Source of the DNA: Tubiluchus corallicola
Lineage: Eukaryota; Animalia; Priapulida
Reading direction: 5' to 3'
Length of the DNA: 64,000 nt
NCBI GenBank assembly: GCA_030141605.1
Contig: JAQGDQ010000003.1
Location: 1 to 64,000, forward strand
Of this stretch, positions 1 through 12,003 are shown one piece after another. Each line of letters opens with the position of its first letter. Position 1 is the first letter of the stretch. A program made the translations under genes and the position numbers. A model generated the notes under the pieces. The model saw nothing but the letters and a program-made list of their open reading frames with translations, made no database searches and was not told the DNA's origin.

Positions 1-33
1 GACACTTCGACAGCATATTTTGGAATCAGAGGA

Positions 34-355
34 TGGGGTGATAGGGTGTGTGGGGTGTGGTGGGGTAGTGCGGGTGTGGGTGGTGCGGTGTGATGTGTGG
101 GTGGTGTGGTGTGGTGGTGCAGTGGTATGGTGTGGTGCAGTGTGGTGTGATGTGGTGGAGTGGTATGGTGTGGGTGGTGTGGTGTGTAGGTGGTATGGTG
201 TGGTGCGGTGCGGTGTGGTGGTATTGTGTGGTGCAGTGTGGTGCGATGAGGTGGAGTGGTATGGTGTGGTGCAGTGTGGTGTGATGGGGTGGAGTGGTGT
301 GGTGTGGGTTGTGTGTTGATTTGTGCACAAAATTCTTTTTGTGGGGTTTGGCTAG
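34..355 (+). mobile_element. 3' part of a non-autonomous Helitron-like element with GTGTG minisatellite
   Basis: Same GT-rich array and same terminus as 356-2234: hairpin cacaaaa-ttct-ttttgtg, then gggtttgg-CTAG. Confidence 0.6.
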
Positions 356-2234
356 TCTATTATATTAATATTCTTGGTATATATATATATAAGATTCGAG
401 GCTACAGCCCAGACGAGGGCACCATTTGCGGCGATCTATATATCAAACGAAAGGTCTCGATCTAGTGTCGTGCCATTGATGGTTTATTTTTCGAATCGGG
501 CCCACCGGGAGGAAGGGGGGGCGAAAAACCTCCAAAAATGGCCCTTTTTCGGCCGTTTTTTGCAAAAGTTATACGGCTGAGATGTAGAGAACGGGAACGG
601 GCCGAGGGGGGTGCTGGGTATGGATAGATAGCCCGTTCAGCGGTGGGTGTAGTAGGCATATTTAGAATTCCCGAGAGGGCCAGGGCGCCCCGCAACGGGC
701 GTTTTCCCGGACCCAACTCGCGATTTTTTCGAAATTTTGACCAAACAGCATGCGGGAAAAACGTTCTAGCGGCGCCTGGTGGGACTCTCGGAAGGAGATA
801 TATAGCTCTTTACAAAGAGGAAGGACAGGGCTACACGATGATGTGGGATATATTTTAGGGCAGGTCCACCGAGAGGAGTATCAACGAGTTAGTTAGGAGT
901 TCTATTTTCGGCAATTTTCACTTAGAAAACTGCTGACGCAAAGGCATTGTTGTGACGTCATCCATTGTACTCTGTCTATAATCTTATAACTTTAATTGAG
1001 CAAAAAGCTACAGGCTTTGCGTTAGTTAAACAAACAGTAGGCACGATGTTACGGGCTTTGTGTTATAAATGTGGACTAGGTAGGATGTTCGCGTATTATT
1101 GATTACACGTGTATTTATACGCAAAATCTTTTGCTGGGCCTTTGCTATTTATTATATTATAGCACATAGTTTCAACTTTGTGAAAAATGTTTGGAATGGT
1201 TTTGTTGTAATGCTGTGCTGTTGGTGCTTGTGCTATAGGTGTTGTCATCGTTGCCACCATCATCATCATCATCATCAACATCATGATCACCACGTGAGGT
1301 GGTGGATTTGATGTGGTGTGGTGGTGGTGTGCTTTGTGTGTTGTGCTATGGGTGGTGTGGTGGGGTGATAGGGTGTGTGGGGTGTGGTGTGGGTAGTGTG
1401 GTGTGGGTGGTGTGGTGTGGTGTGTGGGTGGTGCGGTGTGGTGTGGTGCAGTGGTATGGTGTGGTGCAGTGTGGTGTGATGTGGTGGAGTCGTATGGTGT
1501 GGTTGGTGTGGTGTGGTATGTGGGTCGTGCGGTGTGCTGCAGTGGTATGTTGTGGTGCGGTGGGGTGTGATGTGGTGGAGTGGTATGGTGTGGGTGGTGT
1601 GGTGTGTAGGTGGGTGGGTGGTGTGGTGCAGTGTGGTGTTATGGTGTGGTGCTGTGCAGTGTGATGTGGTGGAGTATTATGGTGTGGGTGGTGTGTTGTG
1701 GTGTGTGGGTGGTGCGGTGCAGTGGTATGGTGTGGTGCAGTGTGGTGTGATGTGGTGGAGTCGTATGGTGTGGGTGGTGTGGTGTGGTGTGTGGGTGGTG
1801 CGGTGTGCTGCAGCGGTATGGTGTGGTGCAGTGTGGTGTGTAGGTGGGTGGGTGGTGTGGTGCAGTGTGGTGTTATGGTGTGGTGCTGTGCGGTGAGGTG
1901 TTATGGTGTGGTGCTGTGCGGTATGATGTGGTGAAGTATTATGGTGTGGGTGGTGTGGTGTGTGGGTGGTGCAGTGGTATGGTGTGGTGCAGTGTGGTGT
2001 GAGGTGGTGGAGTGGTATGGTGTGGGTGGTGTGGTGTGTAGGTGGTATGGTGTGGTGCGGTGTGGTGGAGTGGTATGGTGTGGGTGGTGTGGTGTGGTGC
2101 AGTGTGGTGTTATGGTGTGGTGCTGTGCGGTGTGATGTGGTGGAGTGGTATGGTGTGGTGTGATGAGGTGGAGTGGTGTGGTGTGTGTTTTGTGTTGATT
2201 TGTGCACAAAATTCTTTTTGTGGGGTTTGGCTAG
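356..2234 (+). mobile_element. Non-autonomous Helitron-like element (TC...CTAG) carrying a ~0.9 kb GT-rich minisatellite
   Basis: Starts TCTATTATATT directly after the previous CTAG; ends hairpin + CTAG followed by T; no TSD. Confidence 0.65.
1300..2190. repeat. Degenerate (GGTGT)n pentamer-based minisatellite with higher-order blocks
   Basis: Recurrent gtggtgcagtgtggtgtgatgtggtggagtggtatggtgtgggt; source of the spurious Val/Trp/Cys and His/Thr ORFs. Confidence 0.95.
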
Positions 2235-2235
2235 T

Positions 2236-2780
2236 TAATTCATTAATACGTTAAAAACTTATTTAACGGTGGGCGAGCCAAACTAGTGATGACATCACAA
2301 TGGAATCACATGTATCAGCAACAGAAACATTCCATCAGCGTGTTGAACGTGTTTGCGAAAGCTAAAACTCAAGTAGAGTGCTGCTGTTCAACTCTGAGTG
2401 TGATACACAAAAACTCGGCAAATTTTAAGTTTAAATGAGCTCACGCATGAGCTCTGGAACGTGTGCACTACGCCACAACTGAGCACTCTGAACCGAGCAC
2501 CTAATTTTTGCGTAACGAGGCAGTTTCCGAGGTGCACTGCAGGCGCTAATGTCCAACTAAATGACTAAATGGTGAACGGTGAAATGCACGTAACAGCGAA
2601 GAACTAGTCGGGCGAACGCAAAATTACGTTTCTGTGGTAATAATTCTCTCACATAAGTTATTTTTGAAAAAATATTACGTTTTCATTATTCATAGAATAG
2701 ATTGTTTTGACCTATAATTTAAAATTGAGTGAAGGTTTTCTTTTAATAAATTTTAATATTTCAGGATACAACACTAATTC
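2236..2780 (+). repeat. Diverged dispersed repeat, copy 1 (copy 2 at ~4795-5345)
   Basis: Colinear shared blocks ggcgagcc, tagtgatgacatcacaatg, gatacacaaa, ttttaagtttaaa, tgcaggcg.taatg, tggtaataattct, caggata. Confidence 0.8.
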
Positions 2781-4794
2781 TCATAATTCTTCAATAAAAC
2801 AGCAAAAAAGGTCCAGTCTTAGACACTACAACTTTAAATAGGTCTGCTAGAAGATGATAAATGTAATAATAACTTGTGCAACCAGTTATTCCAATTTCGA
2901 TATACAATTATTGATGTGCAACAAACGCAAGCAAATTTTCCACAAGAATAAAACACAAGAAGGCAACAACCAAAAAAATACGAGACCTCACTTACGAAGC
3001 TAATTAATTGACCTAACAACTAAGCGACCAATCGACCACTAACCAGCCCATCTATCAAAATGTAATCAATAAAAACAATCGAATGATGCAAAAATTGGTG
3101 AACGAACGAGTTTTCGAGTGAAGCAAAATACGAATAAACTGAAGAACAGATGAATAGTAGATATTCAACAAACGGATGAAGAAACAAAGAAGAAACGAAT
3201 GAATAAAAAAAAAACGCCACAGCAGCTTAATAAACCTCTGGCATGTTTTTAGGTGGAACGCGTATTATATTTACTACAGTGAAAATCACAGAATCAATAC
3301 TAATTGGAAGTAATTACCAAATATAATACTTAATATGTTGTTTGAACATAATTATAGTGCCATCAAGGTAACCGTCAGGAGCAATGATTATCTTAATTAG
3401 CCTCTCCAGTATAATTTGACTTCTATAACGTGTAAAATGCTCTGGCAATCGTCTCTCATTAGTGCCTAACGTGAAACCTTACTTAAAAATCTTCCTCTGT
3501 TCCCTGCAGCTACTATATGTAAGAATATTTCGTAATCGCTTTCGCGGTATACTGATTTAGTATGGCTATACAGTTTGACACTTCAGGAACAATTTCACGG
3601 ACAAGAGGGTAACAAAACAGTACACAGCAAAAGTGACTGTGTTAGGGCTGTTGCACGGCTGTTCGTTGTGTGTTTCGTAAATTTGCTCAACGAATAAATG
3701 AACCACTATAAATTTTGGTTATTGGATATTAGATGCCCAATTTGTTCAAACTGCCACGAATATTTTCACATTAAATCTTGGACATTTGGATATTTTAAAC
3801 TGTTTATGATTATCAATTCCCAGAAAGTTTTGTGAAATTTGCAATCGAATGTAAATTATGTTATAAATTTACAATTCAGTTATGTGTTATAGAAAACTGA
3901 AAACTCGCCAATTCCCTCGTTCTTATGAAAATCACGAGAAATTTTACTACGACTTCAAGAAAAATAACCCCAAAACGTTACGTTGCAATTCATTGAACTC
4001 TAATATAGACTGAGACATATGTTATACTAATTGTTTTCTCCCGGCCTATATACATCTATCCTAGGATTGCTGCATTTAGCTATGCTGCATTCAGAATCAT
4101 GAATAAACGATTTTGCGTTATGAAGCATTTAGGTAACTATACAGCTGTAATTTGACTAATAAACGCACCTTTGTAACACTTGCACAAGGCTAACGTAACT
4201 AGCTTTTGATCACAAAAGCAGTCGATAATTATTACGGTAGCGGCATCGATCATTCCCGCGTCCCAATTTCTCGGATTCGGAGCAGTGAGTGCGTCTGCAT
4301 GCATAATTAAGCTGAATTCGAACCCACTGTTGCCACTACAAACAGGATACCATGACAGGTTTCTACGTGACTAGCTTGTTTAAGACCAGAGATTGCGCAA
4401 AACAAACGAATAAATTCAGACAAACGATTGCTATCGAAGAGCTTTTGTCAAATTATTCCAAATCTTTCCCAAGCACATTTGGGGTGGAAATTCACACATT
4501 CAAATATTGCGGTTCTGGCACCACAATCAGCGATACAGTAATTATGCTATACGTTTTGTCACAAAATTCGACAGCCATTACAAAACTCAGTAAAACGCTA
4601 TCAATGTAAAAAATGTTTTCCTTCAACAAAATACCTTCCAAAGAATAGCGTACCGTGTCTAGCATAAATTTTTTATTTGTTCATTAAATATTTAAAAGAA
4701 AATAGGATGACTTTTCATATCCTAACCCATTTTGAAGCACGGCAAAAAGGATATATTTAACACCTATAATAATGGGTAAGTGTTTCTGATAATT

Positions 4795-5345
4795 AAATAA
4801 TGTATTAAAACATAATTAAAGCCGGCGAGCCCAAGTAGTGATGATATCACAGTCACAATATAATATAGTGATGACATCACAATGTAATTTTCCATAGGAC
4901 AAACATTTCACGAACGTGTTCTAGTCGTTTGCACAAATGAAGTACAGTGCTACTGCACAGCAAACGGTGCGATACACAAATTTTAAGTTTAAACATATAA
5001 ATTTCTAGTTACAACATGAACTCTCGAACGTGTGCGTTGCATCACAACTTAATCATATCTGCCTATACTAGATATCTAGGTACAACCGCCTGTTTTTTGT
5101 CTAACACAATTCCAAGATGCAGGCGTTAATGCCCATCTAACAAGCAAATGGCAAAATGCATGTAACAGTAACAAAGTAGCCGCGCTAACGCGAATTCACC
5201 ATTATCTGGTAATAATTCTTTCAAGTAGGTCATTCTTTAAAAAATAATATTTTATAGGGTATATTGTTTTGCGCCATAGTTCAAGATGGGGTCTGGGTTT
5301 CCTTTAAAAATGGTAAAAAATCTACCAGGATAAAACGCCTAATTT
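4795..5345 (+). repeat. Diverged dispersed repeat, copy 2
   Basis: Colinear with 2236-2780. Confidence 0.8.
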
Positions 5346-6387
5346 CAGATTCGTAAACTTGTAACTTGAAATAAGTTAGCCTTATCTCTTCCACTACTTC
5401 TTCAAAATTCAGATCAAAGCGCTGCAAGTACAGTAAAAGTACTTACCTATGACGAGTTTATAACGTCATAGATAAGTGACTTATAAACCTTGGACAAAAC
5501 AGCAATGTGACGCCACGACACAACACTTTTACCCGTCTATTACTACGTTTCATGATAGTCTCTACGAGGATTTAATCCAGAAGTATTAGGTTTTAATCCT
5601 GTCACTATTATAGCTTATACAGCGCTCTTCAGTGTAGGGATTGCATGCTCATTCCACAAAGGATTGATCTTGGAGCTGGGCAATGTATAAGTATTCTGTA
5701 GCTATGGGCTAAGGAATGAAAAAGTAAGGAAGTGAGCAAGTTAACAACAAATACCAAAATGTACAAATAATACTAGCTTGCATATAACAGGTCAGCCATT
5801 ATGCAGGAGCGACTCTTGTTAGTTGTTATGATAATTAATTAAAATATTAGTCTTTAAAATATTATACGTGTAAAACAAATTTATGTGTAAAATCGCAATA
5901 GTGCAATTGTAAAATCTTTCTTGGAACTAGAGGTCAAATTAAAATACTAAAAATAAAAAATGTGAAGAAAAAGTACATAAAAAGCCAAATAGAAAATTAC
6001 AAAGAGAAACTGCTTCTTCGAAATTCTTGTCACTAATTACCAGTGAGTTCAGCAAAGAATCAAAGTGATTATCTCAAAATTCTTCATATCAATGTGCCTA
6101 CGTAATTACAAGTGCAGCTTGTACCTAATTAAGGAGATAAAGTTAATAATTAAGGTAGCTGGGAAAAGTCATTTGCAATAACATTAAAGGAAAATCTCAT
6201 GGTTAAGAGCTGGAAGAAGAATTACTGATAACAATAACAAAAAGAATTAACAACTAACAATAGTAATAATAACATTACTACTAACATCTCTTTGATAGTT
6301 GTTTACAGGGTCTAATAATTATGCTTGCATCCTATTATTAAGTATTTTAGTTAAGGAATCGCGCTACTTCTCTAAGTCTCTCTAACA

Positions 6388-6557
6388 TCAACTTGAGTCA
6401 GACTGTTGTTTTTCATGTAGAAATTTCGCCGTCCCATTTGTAAAGTCTTGAACTACATTTCCGGATCCATGCAACACCCACTTGGTGGTCAGAAGCCCTT
6501 CCACTCCGACTGGGCCCCGAGCGTGGATCCGCGATGTACTAATACCAACCTCTGCAC
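6388..6557 (-). CDS. ALDH18A1: P5CS terminal coding exon 16
   Basis: [56 protein letters not shown]; acceptor ttttcataatttcag, phase 1 matches exon 15. Confidence 0.95.
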
Positions 6558-9500
6558 CTGAAATTATGAAAAAAAAACATTTAAAAACACTGATATGAAT
6601 ACGCAAGAAAGCCTTACGTAATGACCCAGATTGAATCATTAAGCCGTGTTTTAACTTGGAGATAAACAGTAAACTTTAATTTCGTATTCTGGCACCAGTT
6701 TTTCTTTACTTATGTTCACTAAGTGTAAATTGTTTCTAGACCGTTGTAATCGACTACATACTATTTGTTAGTTTAGGAAATGTTCGTCCCTCTGGGTTGG
6801 GTTAAACGTTTAACTGTACGTTAGTGCACTTTAATTGGATTGAAGCCAAACACATAGATTTCTGTACTTTCGTGACACAGATTTCATCGACACAGGGGAT
6901 ATGCTACTTGACTTTGGTTGGTTAAACTGCGTTTTACGTTTTACCTGATTTTCCATTAGCTGGCGTTTGAAAAGCTAATGATCTATTTGTGGTGGTGGAA
7001 GATGTCCACTCATTGGTTTACATGACCTAGCTGATCTTACTGCTCCGTTCACACGTCATCTTCTTGATAGACTTACATTAAAACGTTTAGTGAAAGGACT
7101 ATGACCATGAACTACGCCTGTCTAGAGAAGATATTATGCTAGCGTACGCGTTTTGGGGTGGCTGCTAGAATAAGTAGGAACTCATTTAAAGTAGTCAGGA
7201 ACACTGTATAATTTTCGTATGTTTTCGTCATTGTATTTATTTTATGCCATGCTGTTTACAGCAGATTCAATTTTGCTTATTACTAATTTCCATTGTTTAG
7301 AAATGACTAAATTTCACGACTGTTTGATATTTTTATTGTGTCATTAAACTTAATATCTTGTTACTTATTTGAGGTATAGATAAAAATCTGTTTTTTATCA
7401 ATCACACCATAAAAGAATCCATGCTATCTAGGCAGAGCCCTCGTAGAGTCTGCCAACGCTCAGCTACTGTCTGTTTTCTTTAGTGGGCAGTCGGTTAGTA
7501 CTCCTAGCTTGGCCAAGGAAATGATCGAATTTAGCAGCGACTACCATTAATTGGCCCTTATGATCTGCCCCTATATGCACGGGCCATTACACCTTATACA
7601 TGTAATTACAACAATAACAAGTCTACTGAGGACCTACTACAGATTAAATTTAGACTAGTTTCTAACTGTAAGACACTGCCTTTAACGGGGATGCGTCGCA
7701 AATAAAGCAAACCAATGGCATACTCAATCAGGAAATGGTCAGAAAGCCTGTTTTGGAGTGGATTGCTCTGATGGTGTTGTAGTGTCGTAAAGTGCAGTTG
7801 AAAATGTAACGTTGTGAACAAACAGAAACAATTTCCAAATCTCATACATATAACAAAACGGTTTACGGTTTTCCTGTTACTTGCAAAACACTTTGGGAGA
7901 TCTTTGTTTATCAGTCTAAAAAGGCAGTCACATCACTGATGCAGGTTACTTTATGCTAGCTCTAATGGCAACACAATTAGCTAAGCTGCCAATCTCTTTC
8001 TCATTTTACTACCTTTTTTGGAATGCTGAACTGCTTTTTTTATCCTAGCTACTATGCATGGATAGACCTAGGCATAAAGAAAAGACAGAATTAAAAAGGT
8101 GAGAAGCGCTAAAGGGTCAGAAGTTCCCTTTTCTTTAACCAAAGGTTGAAAAAGCGTGAATAAAAAAGAAGAAAGTGGTACATAATTATGTGCAGAAAGA
8201 TCGTAGTCACTTGGTTTTGTTTACACTGCTACAAACAAGGAAAAACAATTAGTTGCGATGCCGACATATATTCTACATATTTACAGGTGACACACATAAT
8301 CCAGCCAAAATAAGATACGACCCAGAAAAAAACAGTGCAAACGTGAATTTCTGCACAGATACCCAGAAGCTTGTCCAAAATAACATATTCAAAATCCCCT
8401 AAAAACCACTTTGGGAAAAATGTTAAGAGGCTTTAAATTCAAAATGGCTGCGAATGCTGCTTTAAAGTCAAAATAACTTAACTAAGAAGCATTTCAGTCT
8501 ACATAATTGTATTAACAGCTAGTATAAAAGTGCATATGGCCTATCAGAAAAATAGTGTTTCAAGGTCTCTTAAAGTCACTATCATTCAAAATGGCCGCCG
8601 AAGCAGGTTTAAAATCGAAATAACTCAACTAGGAGGCATTCTAGACTGCATAAATGAATTCCAGCTGATATAAAAGTGCATATGGTTATCAGAAAAATAG
8701 CGCTTCAAAGTCTTTCAAGGACAAGATTGATCAAAATGGCCACCGCTGTAGCTTTACGTCAAAATAACTTAATTAAGAAGCATTGTAGGCTGCATAAATG
8801 TGTCATCAGCTTTTTGGGGCTAATTTAACCGGACTAACAAGCAACGTTGACAACACTGGGAACGAACAAGCTAACATAAATCTATATAATCATCTACGTA
8901 ATCTATATAACCTATGCAACTGATCTATATCTAGGCAGTCTAGAACCAATGAGTTAGGACGAGAAACAGGCTTTTATAACGTCTGACATTTATATATGCC
9001 TAAAAATAGATAAGTTACAAGAGCAAAATCACGTAACATAAATTTACAAGATCAGACGTAACGCTACCTATACATGCGGCTTCATAGTAGAGTCGGCAAA
9101 TGTTTGAAGTACATCGCGACTGTTTTACACCTGCAACAGTCCGAGTCCATTACACAACTTAGAAATGACAAAGTTATAAACTCAAGAATATAATGTAAAG
9201 CAACAGTAATATTACTGATCGGAGTATTTCCACTATGTGCAACAAACACATTTTAGTTAAGAACAGGTACATACAACTGGTCAATTGATGTGAAATATAA
9301 TGTAATGCAACGTAATGTTATTAAGTTATGTAATGTAGTGTAATGCGTTATATGACATTACTTTAAAGTAACATTACTGTAATCTATTGTAACGTAACCT
9401 AATACGTTACATTAAATTACGTTACAGGACGATTGGCAAAAAATTCCTACGCTATCAATGCTTACAGTGTCTGGGGAGGATGAGAATTCTGTTAAGTCAA

Positions 9501-11939
9501 ACTTGATCAAGATCATAATTTGATAAATTTGGCATCCTTGATTACCCAGGCATTGCATTTCTTTTCCATCAAATCGGAACTCATCAGTCGGACCCGCAGC
9601 TTCACAGGTCAAGTATCTGAAGATCTAAGTATTGTCTACAATGAATTCGCAATGCTTGACTGCCTTGAAATTACATTTCATTCAATGAAAACTGAGCTTG
9701 TGACATTTTTGACTTGGGCAGGGGCCAACATATACCATTCAAGGGGCCAAGACCTTTCATCTGATATACTATTTGAAAAATGTTTGTGCCCGACCCCTCC
9801 CCATTTTCAGGTTTTGCTCCTAGCGAAAAATTTTCCCCACATCCAAATGATTCATATTTAACCAAAATCAACACCACCTAGCCACATGCTAAAAATTGTG
9901 GCCCAAGTGCAAAAATTTTAAGATAAGCGTAGCGGCATGATTGTATGCAAGTTTAAATACGGCAAACAGCTGTTACACGAAATGATAGGTAACGTCAGAT
10001 CCGAACGTATAGAAGATTAAATACAGTAATATACAGCGGCAATGATTAAATGCGGTTATATGCGCTGTGCACGATAACATATGTACCATATGTAGTATGT
10101 TTTTTTTTGGGGGGGGGGTGCGGAATAGATAGAATCGGTTCATATTGTTTTCAATGCATCCGTTTATGCAGTTGCGTAGCGTTATTCTTTTTCTGTAGCT
10201 ATTCCTATTGATTTTTTCCGCAGCTATTCCGCAGGTGGAAACGCATACGCATCCGGATGCTACGCAAACGCCACTTTAGTCTGAACGCGCAGTAACAAAT
10301 TACTTCGTCATTTTAGATGTGAACGCTTCGTTCATAGTTTCTGCTGTTCATATTCCTATCACGATCACAGTTTTTAAGCTTTCAGTATAGCTCACAGAAA
10401 AGCCAAGTTAATAATAACTATAATTTCACATACGACAAGTCTCATTCATCAGACCGTGAAAGCGTTTTCATTCAGTAAACGGTACGCCATCAGAATAATC
10501 TACCCATCATAAACTGATTCACTCAAGCGGAGCCGTAATATAATAGCAAAAGAAATCCCCAAGGCTGATTCACAAACCAAAAGCCAACGTGCATAAGGCT
10601 TCTCGGAGAGAGTAAATTACAAAATACTAAAAACAGCAAGAAATATACCAAACCTCACCGTCGCAAGAAGCTGATTAAAATTACAAATTTAGCTAAATTA
10701 GAATAACGGAAAATATATTCATTGCAACATAATGAACTCAAAACAAGCCTCATACACTTTTGTGAAAGTTAATTAACAGACGTGATTTTTAGTCAGTTTC
10801 AAATGTATTCTTTTATTTTTGACCAACACGCTGTACTTCCTCTTTCAGTAACATAGGTTACTTTTCTGGTTACCGAATGAAGTTATATTAATCTTGAATG
10901 CGTTATAGTCGACAGACTAACTAACTAAACTTCACTGCACAGTTCCTGTTAGAAATTGCTACCAACCTCCTTGCTCCGCGATTTTAACAATTTTAAGGGT
11001 ACATATTTTGTTAATCATTGCAAAAAAGCGTCTCGCGTTGCATTCTGTTAGAAGAATGTTTTACCTCTCCTTGTATATAGCAAAAAATCAATACTACGCT
11101 AATTGCAAGCGACGTAGATAACGGTAGACGTCTGCTTCGTAAGAAACCCTTTCTAAAGAAGATAACACAGGCTGCAATTTTTTGAGTTTGCTTTACAGAA
11201 CAATGTCATCAGCTACCCCAGTAGTAAACTTACAAATGTCACAAGCACAAGTGATGGCAAAATGACGACAAAATGACATAATATGCACGTTTTTATTCTT
11301 AATTATACCGGGAAGCGTGTCTTTTCACGGGTAATTTATGTGACGTGCTCACACTGCGAGAAAAACTAATCGCACGTAACTCTTCATTCAAATCCGCAGA
11401 ATGTGCCCAGTGCATAAAACTGTTATTTTATAAAGCTGGTCATAAAATTCCATACAACTCATTGAAATGACGTCAGTTAAAAGCGTTGAATTTGTCATTA
11501 TAGGCGTTAAACGTTTATAGGAAAGACGCAAAGTCACGTTGTGTTTTGCACGTTATTTTATACGTCAAAGAAACGTCCACGATAAAAATGCAAGCGTTAA
11601 AAATACTAAAAAGTAGGTTTCTCGTATTAAATCAAGAGGAATTTTTCAAACTTTTTTCACCATTTGTCATTACTAAAAATGTCCAAAACAGCACAAACAC
11701 TAACTAAACTAATTTAAAATTAACTAAACTATACATTTCTTGCCTTCTGGTGATGTGTACCAATTAAATGTACAATTAAGGCTAAAAACAGTCACAGTGA
11801 AATAATGGCAGACGCTTTCTTCCCTCTGTCTCACCTTCTTCTACTCCCTTGCCCCCTTTCTCTCTCCTCTTTCCCTCCCCTTCTGTATCGCTATAGTCTC
11901 TCTCTCTCTCTCTCAGTCTTTCTTAATCTCTCTCTCCCT

Positions 11940-12003
<64 letters not shown>

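Noticed and set aside
20-2254. Many Val/Trp/Cys/Gly- and His/Thr/Pro-rich ORFs
   Set aside because: Translations of the GT-rich minisatellite in several frames; no splice or domain support.
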